A stretch of 64,000 nt of DNA from Patescibacteria group bacterium (GCA_019428815.1 JAHYJW010000002.1:11725-75724), one strand, 5' to 3'; counted from the first letter of the stretch, positions 1-8,373 are shown. A program made the numbers and translations. Notes: generated by a model not told the origin, from the letters alone.

Positions 1-1052
1 TGACTAGGGGTTAAAACTCCCCAATAGATATCATGAACAAGGATATCTAAAAAAGTGGCTTTTGCTCTTTTAGTTGTTTTATCTCCCATTGACATAAAAA
101 GATCAATCGCTTCTGGAGAAGGTTTTAATCTTCCCATTTTAAGTAATGCTTTCCAAGGTAAGAAAGTTCCTTTATCATAAAGTGGGACGCCATCTCGGAT
201 AAAAGTAAACATAACAGGATGTGCATCTTTAACAGATTCCCAAAAATCAGTGAGTAAATAAACTTGAACATTTAGAATATTTTTTTTAACTCCAGCTAAA
301 GCAGTTGCCTCAGCAATATACTGGTGAATCATTCCCCGAAGTCTTTCTTTAAGTTCAAGTCTAGGCATTCTTTTAACATCAGTATCATTGATAATCACAA
401 AGGAGTCTACATCTGATTCTTTAGTAGTCTCTCCTCGTACCAGACTCCCGGCAATAACGTAACTCACTACATATTTGTCAAATTTTTGAAGAACCAGTGT
501 TTTATGGATTTCTGCTACTCTTAATGAAGAAAGAATACCCCTATCATGTAAAGGAAAAGACATCCCTATGGCGTTTACAACTTCAAATTTACTATCAAGA
601 CAAAACTCCCATATATCCACAGGGGTTTTTATATGAATCCAAATTTCTTGTTTTGTTCTTTCAATCTCAGAGATAATCTCTTTTTTTATTTTAGGGATAT
701 CTTTGATTTTACTTTCTGGAACAATAATACATAAATGAACTTTTTTTTCAATTTTTTGAATTTCCGAGGGGGCAATATTTTCATCTATTTCTTCTTCAAG
801 AATTAATTTTAATGCTTGGGGAGGAAGGATTCCTATTGCTTCTATAAAAGGATATTTCTTAATCATGAATATTTTAATTTTCTCTAAATCTTTTTTTGTT
901 TTTTCGAATTCTTTCTGTGTTTTTTCAAGATTCACTGGGATATTCTCCCTTTTTGAAGAGTACTTATTAATATCCATACCCGGAATTGTTTCTTCACCCA
1001 CAATATTGTTGGTTTCTTTAGACTTAGAATTAATTTTATTGCCTTTATCCAT
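1..1052 (-). CDS. nucleotidyltransferase-domain protein; N-terminus complete, C-terminus runs off the window start
   Basis: Absent from the ORF track because the window edge truncates it. My minus-strand translation from ATG 1052..1050 reads MDKGNKINSKSKETNNIVGEE... to ...DILVHDIYWGVLTPS with no stop. It contains GSLVRGETTKESDVDSFVII, the G-S-x(9-13)-D-x-D Pol-beta-fold NTase signature. Confidence 0.6.
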   Translation of the reverse strand, partial: MDKGNKINSKSKETNNIVGEETIPGMDINKYSSKRENIPVNLEKTQKEFEKTKKDLEKIKIFMIKKYPFIEAIGILPPQALKLILEEEIDENIAPSEIQKIEKKVHLCIIVPESKIKDIPKIKKEIISEIERTKQEIWIHIKTPVDIWEFCLDSKFEVVNAIGMSFPLHDRGILSSLRVAEIHKTLVLQKFDKYVVSYVIAGSLVRGETTKESDVDSFVIINDTDVKRMPRLELKERLRGMIHQYIAEATALAGVKKNILNVQVYLLTDFWESVKDAHPVMFTFIRDGVPLYDKGTFLPWKALLKMGRLKPSPEAIDLFMSMGDKTTKRAKATFLDILVHDIYWGVLTPS

Positions 1053-1212
1053 CAATGAAATTATCCTTTTGTACTTATAAAGGTTTTGAAGAAATTGTCA
1101 AAAGAATCCTTTTTTAAAAAAATTATCTCAAAAAGAAAAGTGCTCCTTTAGTTGTTTTTACCCCCATAGAAAAAACTTAAAAGGGAGGAGATTGTTTAAG
1201 TTTAATCCTAAG

Positions 1213-1286
1213 GGTCCCGTAGTCTAGTGGTTTACGACGTCTCGTTTACACCGAGAAGATCGCAGGTTCGATTCCTGCCGGGACCA
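1213..1286 (+). tRNA. tRNA-Val (anticodon TAC)
   Basis: Cloverleaf folded by hand. Acceptor GGTCCCG/CGGGACC, anticodon stem TCTCG/CGAGA with loop TTTACAC, T-arm GCAGG-TTCGATT-CCTGC, discriminator A. Confidence 0.9.
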
Positions 1287-1345
1287 TACAACTTTTTAAA
1301 CAATCTTTTATAATTAATTTTATCATTTATTAAAAAGAATTTAAG

Positions 1346-1915
1346 ATGAAACCAACAGTAGAAATAAAAAAAGGTGAAAAAATTTCTAAGAAATTGTTTG
1401 ATTTTATGGACAAAGAGAGGATTAATCAGTATGGTAAGAAAACAAATCTTTTTAATAGAAAATACCACAAAAAAAGCAACTTCTTTTTTGTTAAAAATGA
1501 AAAAAAAATTGTTGGATTCGGATTCTTAAGACCTACTGAAATGAGATATAAAAACAAAAAGTATAATCTTCTTGCTCTGGGAGGCATAATGATAATTAGT
1601 GAAGAGAAAGGTCAGGGGTATGGAACAATTTTAATCCAAAATATGATTGATTACTCTAAAAAAAATAAAAAAACCATCCTTGGATTCTGTGAAAAGGATC
1701 TTGTTGATTTTTATGAAAAAGCGGGATTAAAAAGCAAAAAAGAGTTTAGTATTCGTATTGAAATGGAAGACCCAAAAACAAAGGAAAGGATTCTTGATGC
1801 AGATAAATGTGCAGGAATTTATTACGAAGGGAAGGAGGGATTTGTATCAAAAGTTATAAAGTCCAAAGGTGTTGCAACATATTGGATGCCAGATATTAAG
1901 AACCCCCATTTCTAA
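1346..1915 (+). CDS. GNAT-family N-acetyltransferase
   Basis: 189-aa ORF. EEKGQGYGTILIQNMIDY matches the acetyl-CoA-binding motif A (Q/R-x-x-G-x-G/A). ...FYEKAGLK is a typical GNAT C-terminal motif. Confidence 0.7.
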   Translation: MKPTVEIKKGEKISKKLFDFMDKERINQYGKKTNLFNRKYHKKSNFFFVKNEKKIVGFGFLRPTEMRYKNKKYNLLALGGIMIISEEKGQGYGTILIQNMIDYSKKNKKTILGFCEKDLVDFYEKAGLKSKKEFSIRIEMEDPKTKERILDADKCAGIYYEGKEGFVSKVIKSKGVATYWMPDIKNPHF

Positions 1916-2022
1916 AAGGATGATATTTAAAAGCTTTAGTTATCACAGATTGTAAAATAGATTTAGGTAAAAAATCCCCAGAATTTACAAAACCTCGCCT
2001 TTGATACAGGTTACTTTACAAA

Positions 2023-2268
2023 TCATCCGTAAACTTTTTCTCTAGTATCTATATCAAACACTATCCAAATATTATCTCGTAACTCTAATAAAACTCTATA
2101 ACCCCCCACCCTAAGACGAAAACAACTTTTATAACCCTGTAATTTTTTAATATCAATTCTTTTTTCACTCTGCAGATCTTTTAATTTTGTATTAATGATA
2201 TTTCTTACGTTAAAATCTAATCTGAAATACTTCTTTTTTGCTTTACTTGAGAATTCAATTTTTTTCAT
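2023..2268 (-). CDS. RelE/ParE-family type II toxin
   Basis: 81 aa. ...KKLQGYKSCFRLRVGGYRVLLELRDNIWIVFDIDTREKVYG matches the characteristic RelE/ParE core (yRlRvGdYRv...v...i.hR..vY). Confidence 0.8.
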   Translation of the reverse strand: MKKIEFSSKAKKKYFRLDFNVRNIINTKLKDLQSEKRIDIKKLQGYKSCFRLRVGGYRVLLELRDNIWIVFDIDTREKVYG

Positions 2269-2473
2269 GCTCTGCTAAAATTTTATCAAAGGAAGTTGTT
2301 TCACTTTTTTTAAATTCATCTAGGGCTTCTCTCCTTAAATTTTCACTTTCTTTTGATAGGGGAAGATAAGCTTCGATGAAATGCCAAATGACATCATCAT
2401 AAGAATCCAACAAAAGCTGTTTTTTTAATTTCGTCATTGCAAGATGGGTTTCTTCTTTAATTCTAAGCTGCAT
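2255..2473 (-). CDS. putative cognate antitoxin
   Basis: 72-aa ORF directly upstream of the RelE-like toxin, overlapping it by 14 nt. This is the classic antitoxin-toxin arrangement. I recognise no family. Confidence 0.5.
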   Translation of the reverse strand: MQLRIKEETHLAMTKLKKQLLLDSYDDVIWHFIEAYLPLSKESENLRREALDEFKKSETTSFDKILAEHEKN

Positions 2474-2562
2474 ACAAAATGAATACTTTTTGTATTTATA
2501 TACTTTTTGGTTTTAGTATACTACAAGGGTCTTTGTAAAAATTAAGTGTCTTATAAGATATC

Positions 2563-2604
2563 TTACACCGAGAAGATCGCAGGTTCGATTCCTGCCGGGA
2601 CCAT
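2563..2604 (+). repeat. exact 42-nt duplicate of the 3' part of tRNA-Val (position 33 to discriminator +1); att-like direct repeat
   Basis: ttacaccgagaagatcgcaggttcgattcctgccgggaccat occurs at 1246..1287 inside the intact tRNA-Val and again at 2563..2604. The flanks diverge immediately outside the repeat. Confidence 0.9.
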
Positions 2605-2666
2605 TTTTAGATATCTTTAAAAAGTTAAAGGACTATTTGAGTTTATAAAGGGGGTTTAAAATAGAT

Positions 2667-2855
2667 ATGGTTGAAGTAATTTTAGGAGGCATTATTGGTT
2701 TAGTATGTGCAATTTGGGTTATTTACGATGTATTTGCAAATAACAAGAAATTAGATACAGGTATGAAGGTTTTGTGGACTGTTCTTGCAATTTTCTTTAG
2801 CATAATAACTGCAATTGTGTACTACTTTATGTATAAGAATAAGAAGAAAAAATAA
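2667..2855 (+). CDS. small 2-TM membrane protein, PLDc_N-like (cardiolipin synthase N-terminal domain family)
   Basis: 62 aa. AIWVIYDVFANNKKLDTGMKVLWTVLAIFFSIITAIVYYF fits the PLDc_N pattern. Clear paralog of 6070..6282. Confidence 0.6.
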   Translation: MVEVILGGIIGLVCAIWVIYDVFANNKKLDTGMKVLWTVLAIFFSIITAIVYYFMYKNKKKK

Positions 2856-2927
2856 GGGAATTATACCCTAACCTTCAAAAATCTCAGTATCTTAAGAAAT
2901 TTGTTTATTTCTTAAATTAAAAAAAGA

Positions 2928-3107
2928 ATGGTTTTGATTAAAGAACCTAGCAGGTTAATACCTTTTATGGTAATACTTGGGATTTTGGTTTTATTCTTTT
3001 TCCCCGAACCCGAACAAAACTTTCTAGGGTACCTTTTAACAATATTTTTCTTTGGGGGGATTATTTTTTTTCTTTCTAAAAACAAAAAAGTTGAGAAAAA
3101 AAATTAA
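2928..3107 (+). CDS. small hypothetical membrane protein (59 aa, below the track cutoff)
   Basis: My translation: MVLIKEPSRLIPFMVILGILVLFFFPEPEQNFLGYLLTIFFFGGIIFFLSKNKKVEKKN*. Two hydrophobic segments. It fills an otherwise empty gap. Confidence 0.35.
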   Translation: MVLIKEPSRLIPFMVILGILVLFFFPEPEQNFLGYLLTIFFFGGIIFFLSKNKKVEKKN

Positions 3108-3261
3108 AAAAAGGCCATAATAAAGAATACCTGAACCCACTATCTTTTAAGCCCTTAAATTTTTTAGTCAGGTTTTACTGAATTTTTAGGAGAGTTTTAA
3201 ATTTTCTAAATTTTTAAAAACTATTAATTCTGTTTGATTAAGTGAATTCAGTTAAATTTAA

Positions 3262-3389
3262 GCGCGAGTAGTATAGTGGTTAGTATCTCTCGTTGCCATA
3301 TAACAGGATATAATATCCTTTTTGTTTCTTTTAATAGAAACAGAGAGTGTAAGAACGAGGTGACCCGGGTTCGAATCCCGGCTCGCGCA
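3262..3389 (+). tRNA. tRNA-Gly (anticodon GCC) with a 56-nt intron at canonical position 37/38 (intron about 3299..3354)
   Basis: Acceptor GCGCGAG/CTCGCGC, anticodon stem TCTCG/CGAGG with loop TTGCCA|intron|A, T-arm CCGGG-TTCGAAT-CCCGG. The exons sum to 72 nt. Confidence 0.85.
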
Positions 3390-3488
3390 TTCTACGCTTA
3401 GTGTTAAAAATAACCTTTTCTTCATTAAACAGAATGTTTAATTTTTATCAATAGGTAAAAATATATACTACGTTTACTTTAAAATAAT

Positions 3489-4250
3489 ATGGATGAAAAA
3501 TACATTTTGACCACTTTTGAATCAATAGGCATACCCAAAATGCAAACATTAGTTTATTTGGATCTTTTAAAACATAAAGCCTCCACTGCCACAGAGGTTT
3601 CAAAAAGAACAAGAATGCATAGGGCCAATGTATATGACACCTTGACAAAACTAAAAGAGAGAAATCTGATCTATGTGTCCCCCCTCGGAGAAAAACAAGT
3701 TTTTGCGGCTCTTCCAACAGATTTGATTATAAATAATGAAAAAGATAGACTAGAAAATTTAAAGTTAGCAATGGACTACATAAAGACAATTTATGTTCCT
3801 GAGCAGATTCCAAGGGTTTATACCCTTGAAGGATTAAGACCAGTAAAAAGCATTTTGTTCAGTCTATTAGAAAAAAAAACAGACGCCTGCTGGATATATG
3901 GGCTCGCAAAAGATGAGAATATGATGAATCTCCTTAAGGACAAATTAATGAACTCATTCCAGATAGAAAGAATAAAAAAACATCTCAGTCTTAAATTGCT
4001 TTTTTATAAATTGCCGCCGGAAGGGGAGCTTAAATCACTTAGTAAATTGAAATTTACAGAAGCTAGACTTTTACCCAAAAGTCAACAAGCAAAAATTTCA
4101 AAAATAACCCAAATTGTCTGTGGTAATTACGTTTATGTTACTCTATGGGTCGATCCTATTTGCACAATTGTAATTGAAAATGAGATTATTGCAAAAGAGT
4201 ACGCAACTCTTTATGAAATTCTTTGGGACCATTCTAAACGTTTAGAATAA
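3489..4250 (+). CDS. TrmB-family transcriptional regulator
   Basis: The N-terminal wHTH FESIGIPKMQTLVYLDLLKHKASTATEVSKRTRMHRANVYDTLTKLKERNLIY is typical of archaeal TrmB. About 250 aa including the C-terminal effector domain. Confidence 0.7.
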   Translation: MDEKYILTTFESIGIPKMQTLVYLDLLKHKASTATEVSKRTRMHRANVYDTLTKLKERNLIYVSPLGEKQVFAALPTDLIINNEKDRLENLKLAMDYIKTIYVPEQIPRVYTLEGLRPVKSILFSLLEKKTDACWIYGLAKDENMMNLLKDKLMNSFQIERIKKHLSLKLLFYKLPPEGELKSLSKLKFTEARLLPKSQQAKISKITQIVCGNYVYVTLWVDPICTIVIENEIIAKEYATLYEILWDHSKRLE

Positions 4251-4328
4251 TTTTTAAAAGAGTATAGTTCACTACTACACGGTTATATATACCTCTTAAC
4301 CCTTAATAGATTACAAGGGGGAATAAAA

Positions 4329-4706
4329 ATGACAACTAATCAAAGAATGAGAAACGATCTAGCTACAACTGAGAGAAGAGAAAGTGAAGATAATTTAAAA
4401 CAAGTTAATCGTGATAAAAATGATGAACTAACTATCCAAAGAAGGTATGATATCGATAATGGAAAACCTATAAAAAGGACAATGATAAATAGTCGGGATA
4501 AAAATGATTACTCTACTCGAGAAAAAAGATTCAAAGAAGATAAAGCAACGGAAAAGAGTAGAATGAGAAATGATGAAGCAACCGTTATTAGAAGAGAAGT
4601 AAAAGATGAAAAGGAAAGGATGCCCGCATTATTAGCTACTGTCTTATTTGTAGTTTTAGCCTTAGAAGTAGTGGTTATTGCGGGGCTTATTATGAATCTG
4701 GTATAA
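4329..4706 (+). CDS. tail-anchored charged protein with internal repeats
   Basis: 125 aa. The hydrophilic N-terminal 95 aa carry RMRND-x-AT twice and RDKND twice. A single C-terminal TM follows (ALLATVLFVVLALEVVVIAGLIMNLV). A GGGGG run lies 8 nt upstream. Confidence 0.5.
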   Translation: MTTNQRMRNDLATTERRESEDNLKQVNRDKNDELTIQRRYDIDNGKPIKRTMINSRDKNDYSTREKRFKEDKATEKSRMRNDEATVIRREVKDEKERMPALLATVLFVVLALEVVVIAGLIMNLV

Positions 4707-4777
4707 AAACTAAACATCTGGTTTGACTTTAAAAAATGGCTCCTGAAGGATGACTTAAAATTTAATTCTAAAAACCT

Positions 4778-5179
4778 TTGAGGAGCTTTTATAAAAATAA
4801 TAAAATGAAAAAACTAAAAAACAATGTTGAAAATTTGAATCTTTTAATTAAAAATGGTAAAATTCAAGAGGCATTTGAAAAATATTATGATGAAGGCGTG
4901 ATTATACAAGTAAATGGAAACCCCGGTATAGTTGGTAAAGAAAAAAATAGAAAAAGGGAAATGATTTTCCTCCAAGAAATAGAAAAATTAAATAATGCTG
5001 AAATAAAATCGGTTACTTTTGGTGGAAATGATGATAACGTTTCAATGACAGAATGGGCTATAAATATTGAAAATAAAAAAGGAGAACAAAAAATAATTTA
5101 TCGCGTGAATGTTCAACACTGGAAAGAAGACAGAATAATCAATGAAAAATTATATTTTTGTGGGGACCAAAATTTCTAG
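4778..5179 (+). CDS. SnoaL-like / NTF2-fold protein; the real start is probably the internal ATG at 4805
   Basis: Length and pattern (LIKNGKIQEAFEKYYDEGVIIQ...QHWKEDRIINEKLYF) resemble SnoaL-like small proteins. Recognition is weak. Confidence 0.45.
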   Translation: MRSFYKNNKMKKLKNNVENLNLLIKNGKIQEAFEKYYDEGVIIQVNGNPGIVGKEKNRKREMIFLQEIEKLNNAEIKSVTFGGNDDNVSMTEWAINIENKKGEQKIIYRVNVQHWKEDRIINEKLYFCGDQNF

Positions 5180-5461
5180 GGTATAATCTTATACAATTAA
5201 ACAGTATGTAAAATAATAACTTTAGTACAAAAGAGGGTAAGATAAATAAGAAATCTTAATAATCTTTTAAACCTTCCTTGAAATAAGGTCATTAAGCTTT
5301 TTGTAAATTTTGAGGTCTAAAAAAATTTTTGATGAACAAATAATTATTATCTCTATTGGATTCTAAGGGGTAGTTTAGCCTTATACAACAAAGCGTCATT
5401 GGATACTACATTGTTATATATACATTTTTTTCTTTAATAAAATACAAAATGGTGATTAGAT

Positions 5462-5824
5462 ATGTTAGACAATAATTTATGCATCTTATGCGGGGATTCT
5501 ATTTCCGATCCAATCTGTCGAGGTTGTTATATCCAACAAGTGGGAATTTTATTAAACGACTTAAAATTACATCCACTAGTTAGTGAAGTTATTTTAACTA
5601 AATTAAAAAGAAGATTTCCTATGGAATCTTTAAATGATACTTCTTGTATTTTATGTAATCGCGAAGAGGTAGTCTTATGTCGTTATTGTTTTTCAGTTCT
5701 CATAAATCGGATATTAGGCGAACTAAACTTTAGTGATGAATTCATTGAAGATTTTGGTTATAGAATTATGCCTGAGGAGATATACATGAAGAAATATTCT
5801 AAAAATCAGTTTTTTGGAGTATAG
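5462..5824 (+). CDS. Cys-rich zinc-ribbon protein
   Basis: Two CxxC...CxxC sets: CILCGDSISDPICRGC and CILCNREEVVLCRYC. Confidence 0.45.
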   Translation: MLDNNLCILCGDSISDPICRGCYIQQVGILLNDLKLHPLVSEVILTKLKRRFPMESLNDTSCILCNREEVVLCRYCFSVLINRILGELNFSDEFIEDFGYRIMPEEIYMKKYSKNQFFGV

Positions 5825-5879
5825 TATCATACAGCTTAGCTATATATAACAAAATAACTTTAATATAAAGGAGGATAAA

Positions 5880-6068
5880 ATGAATAAAAAAGGCATAACC
5901 GGTTGGTTGATTTGGGCAATACTGTTTTTGGTAGTGGCGATAGTTGCAGGGATATTTGGATTTGGAATTGTTTCAGGAATTTCTTTTACGATCGCAAAAT
6001 GGTTAGCAATAATCTTTGTAGTATTGTTTATTGTCACAATAATCGCTGGAACGATAAAACGAGCTTAA
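5880..6068 (+). CDS. DUF1328 (UPF0391) small membrane protein
   Basis: 62 aa. WLIWAILFLVVAIVAGIFGFGIVSGISFTIAKWLAIIFVVLFIV matches the DUF1328 two-TM pattern. SD-like aaggagga lies upstream. Confidence 0.6.
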   Translation: MNKKGITGWLIWAILFLVVAIVAGIFGFGIVSGISFTIAKWLAIIFVVLFIVTIIAGTIKRA

Positions 6069-6069
6069 A

Positions 6070-6282
6070 ATGGCATATGGAACAATAATCGGAATCATTG
6101 CACTTATCTTAGCAATATGGGTTATTTATGATGTGCTTACAAACAATAAAAAATTATCTGATGGTATGAAAGCTCTTTGGATAATTTGTGCTATTTTCTT
6201 TAGCATAATTACCGCAGTTATTTATTATTTCGTAGGCAGGAACAATCAAAATGATTTATTTAAAAGGAAAAAAAATGAATAA
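6070..6282 (+). CDS. PLDc_N-like small membrane protein (paralog of 2667..2855)
   Basis: AIWVIYDVLTNNKKLSDGMKALWIICAIFFSIITAVIYYF is nearly identical in pattern to 2667..2855. It starts 1 nt after the stop of the preceding gene. Confidence 0.6.
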   Translation: MAYGTIIGIIALILAIWVIYDVLTNNKKLSDGMKALWIICAIFFSIITAVIYYFVGRNNQNDLFKRKKNE

Positions 6283-6367
6283 AAAAGGACTTATTGGACA
6301 ACTGATAGTAGTCATACTGGTGGTATTTGGGGGATATTTTTTACTTAAATATTTTGGGATAATATAG
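6275..6367 (+). CDS. possible 30-aa single-TM micropeptide
   Basis: My translation: MNKKGLIGQLIVVILVVFGGYFLLKYFGII*. It overlaps the previous stop by 8 nt and the next start by 1 nt, and shares the MNKKG N-terminus with 5880..6068. Confidence 0.25.
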   Translation: MNKKGLIGQLIVVILVVFGGYFLLKYFGII

Positions 6368-6570
6368 TGGAAAAATTTACAGTAGTAGTCATAATCGGGG
6401 TTGTTCTCCTTGTTCTTCTTGTGTGGGGATTAATAGGAAGTTCTCAAGTGTCCAAAATTGGCAATACTTGTGATTTGGGAATTAATGCTCAAGGGAGTAT
6501 TTTTTGTTGGAAGTGGCATAGAAATATGGTGGGGAACATTCAAGATACTTTAGACGATTTTTTAGATTAA
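6367..6570 (+). CDS. small secreted or membrane-anchored protein (GTG start)
   Basis: 67 aa with an N-terminal TM (FTVVVIIGVVLLVLLVWGLIG) and two Cys. Tightly packed in the same small-protein operon. Confidence 0.35.
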   Translation: MEKFTVVVIIGVVLLVLLVWGLIGSSQVSKIGNTCDLGINAQGSIFCWKWHRNMVGNIQDTLDDFLD

Positions 6571-7065
6571 GTGAATAAAATGGAAAAAACGAAAGAAGAT
6601 AAATTAGATGAAATAAAAAATTGTATAAATCAAGAGGATAGTTTGTATTGTATACCTCGAAAGGATTCGGGATATTTTGAAAAAGAGAGTAAGGCAGAGG
6701 GGAAGGGTACAATACCTATAATGACCTATGGAGATTATATTATCTACCTAAAAGCAGAAGATTCAATTCTTCCAAAGATTGCCTTATCTAAATTCAATTA
6801 TACTTCAGGAACATTTGAGAAAAAATGGGGCCCGGAACATAAAACAATTGTCCTTACTCCCAATCATTCTAGTATTCGTAAAGTCGAAATCGAAATTCAA
6901 GGAATTGACATTCATAATATGAGGTTACTTCCCGATAAGACGGGGGATGTAATTGAAGATACAGCTAAGATAAAAATAACCAGACATTACCGATTTGAAG
7001 AGGGAAATTCTGAAAATAGGGAAGATTCTAGCGATGCTTCTCCTGGTGAAACTAATGCAAAATAG
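6571..7065 (+). CDS. hypothetical protein
   Basis: 164-aa ORF contiguous with the preceding operon. No motif recognised. Confidence 0.45.
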   Translation: MNKMEKTKEDKLDEIKNCINQEDSLYCIPRKDSGYFEKESKAEGKGTIPIMTYGDYIIYLKAEDSILPKIALSKFNYTSGTFEKKWGPEHKTIVLTPNHSSIRKVEIEIQGIDIHNMRLLPDKTGDVIEDTAKIKITRHYRFEEGNSENREDSSDASPGETNAK

Positions 7066-7352
7066 TTCTTATTTTAGGTAAAATTTAACGAGATGCATCA
7101 CAAAACACTATTAAATGTCCTGGGGGTATGAAAGTATTTTTAGGAAAAATTCTAAAGGAGGGGCTTATTCTTAAAAAGTGTTATAATTAATTTATACCCA
7201 AATTAGAAATAATGTTTATAAATTAGGGAGACATTGCCCCAAGGATTAAAAAGCCTATTAAAATAGCATATTATAATAACAAAAAGAACTTCCCATAAAT
7301 TAACGTTCACAGTCTCAAAACCGGTTACGCTTAAACCTAAAGATTAATAAAT

Positions 7353-7432
7353 GCCCACGTCGCATAGTGGTATTGCACGGCACTGGAGATGCCGGCCCTT
7401 TGGGCTCCCAGGTTCAATTCCTGGCGTGGGCG
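7353..7432 (+). tRNA. tRNA-Ser (anticodon GGA)
   Basis: Acceptor GCCCACG/CGTGGGC, 3-bp D-stem, anticodon stem CGGCA/TGCCG with loop CTGGAGA, long variable arm GCCC-TTT-GGGC, T-arm CCAGG-TTCAATT-CCTGG. Confidence 0.85.
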
Positions 7433-7451
7433 TAAAAAATAAAAGAAGAAT

Positions 7452-7898
7452 ATGAAAAAGTTTAGGATTAAACCCAAATTGATTTTAAGACTTCCTGAAG
7501 TTGAAATTGAAGCAGGAAGTAAAGAAGAAGCTGAAGAAAAGTATATGGAACTCTATGAAAAAGAAGAAATGGGAAGCTTACCGGAAATTGATTTTGAAGA
7601 GGATGATAAGGAAGAATATGAAGACAGTGATGAAGAAACTGAAAGTGATGAAGATGAAGAGGAAGAATATGAGGAAGATGAATATGAAGACAGTGATGAA
7701 GATGAAGATATAAGCCCTCAATTAATCAGACTTCCGTTAGTTAATTGTAAGATCTATGAATTAAAAGAGGGAGAATTGCCAGAAGAAGTCTTAGACGATA
7801 TTGAATATGTTCTTTATTACTTGGATAAGGGATATGACTGTTTAGGGGGGATCTCTGAAGAAAGTAGAATTATGAAGTTTAAAAGAAGATCCCGTTAA
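7452..7898 (+). CDS. hypothetical protein with an extreme poly-acidic central region
   Basis: 148 aa. The central segment is EEDDKEEYEDSDEETESDEDEEEEYEEDEYEDSDEDEDI. Confidence 0.55.
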   Translation: MKKFRIKPKLILRLPEVEIEAGSKEEAEEKYMELYEKEEMGSLPEIDFEEDDKEEYEDSDEETESDEDEEEEYEEDEYEDSDEDEDISPQLIRLPLVNCKIYELKEGELPEEVLDDIEYVLYYLDKGYDCLGGISEESRIMKFKRRSR

Positions 7899-7970
7899 AA
7901 AGACTAGATTTAAAATCAAATCAAAAAGATTAAAAAAGAAATTTTCTTTAAAAGGATATTAGTTTGAAAA

Positions 7971-8333
7971 ATGGACAAAAAAATTTTATCTCTTCTTAAG
8001 AAAGGAGAAAGGATAATTGAAAAATCAATTATCAGAGATGATTATATATCTAAAGGTTCTTCTGCAAGAATTTTCTTAACAAATAAGAGGATTATTTATC
8101 CAGGGAATTTTCTTAAAAGTTTCAAATCAGTCCCACTTAATAATATAAAAAGTATTTCTTACTTATCTCGACCATACCACAGTTTTGGGATTGTTATGAT
8201 TACTTTAAAAAAAGGAGGAACAAAAAAAATTTCGGATTATTTTAGACATCAGAAAGAGATAGAACTTTTTATTCAAAAAACTAGAGAGATTATCGGAGAG
8301 AGTGAAAACCCCCTTATAAATCCAAGTTATTAA
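7971..8333 (+). CDS. hypothetical protein, possibly bacterial PH-domain (bPH)-like
   Basis: 120 aa. ...ARIFLTNKRIIY... followed by a short beta-rich region resembles bPH/DUF304. Weak. Confidence 0.4.
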   Translation: MDKKILSLLKKGERIIEKSIIRDDYISKGSSARIFLTNKRIIYPGNFLKSFKSVPLNNIKSISYLSRPYHSFGIVMITLKKGGTKKISDYFRHQKEIELFIQKTREIIGESENPLINPSY

Positions 8334-8373
8334 AAATTTTTAATTTTTAATTAATCCTTTTTATTCAAAGAGA

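Noticed and set aside
1232-1468. Track ORFs overlapping tRNA genes (1232..1468, 17205..17408, 17281..17565, 3448..3717).
   Set aside because: They run through tRNA sequences or their promoters, or are antisense to better genes. They have no motifs and implausible composition.
1287-2562. An active integrative mobile element.
   Set aside because: No integrase, recombinase or transposase ORF lies between or next to the repeats. I report it only as an att-flanked islet or remnant.
2563-2604. The tRNA-Val 3' half as a split-tRNA gene of the Nanoarchaeum type.
   Set aside because: A complete, foldable tRNA-Val with the identical 3' half lies 1.3 kb upstream. The fragment starts at position 33 rather than after 37. 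I see no upstream leader complementary to a 5'-half trailer. An att-like integration scar explains it more simply.
3324-3341. The shared motif GTTTCT-N6-AGAAAC in the tRNA-Gly intron and at 14320..14337 (near-copy at about 37447) as a dispersed regulatory element.
   Set aside because: The arms are only 6 bp, in very AT-rich DNA. The spacers differ and the contexts are unrelated (an intron versus a promoter). Chance is the most likely explanation.
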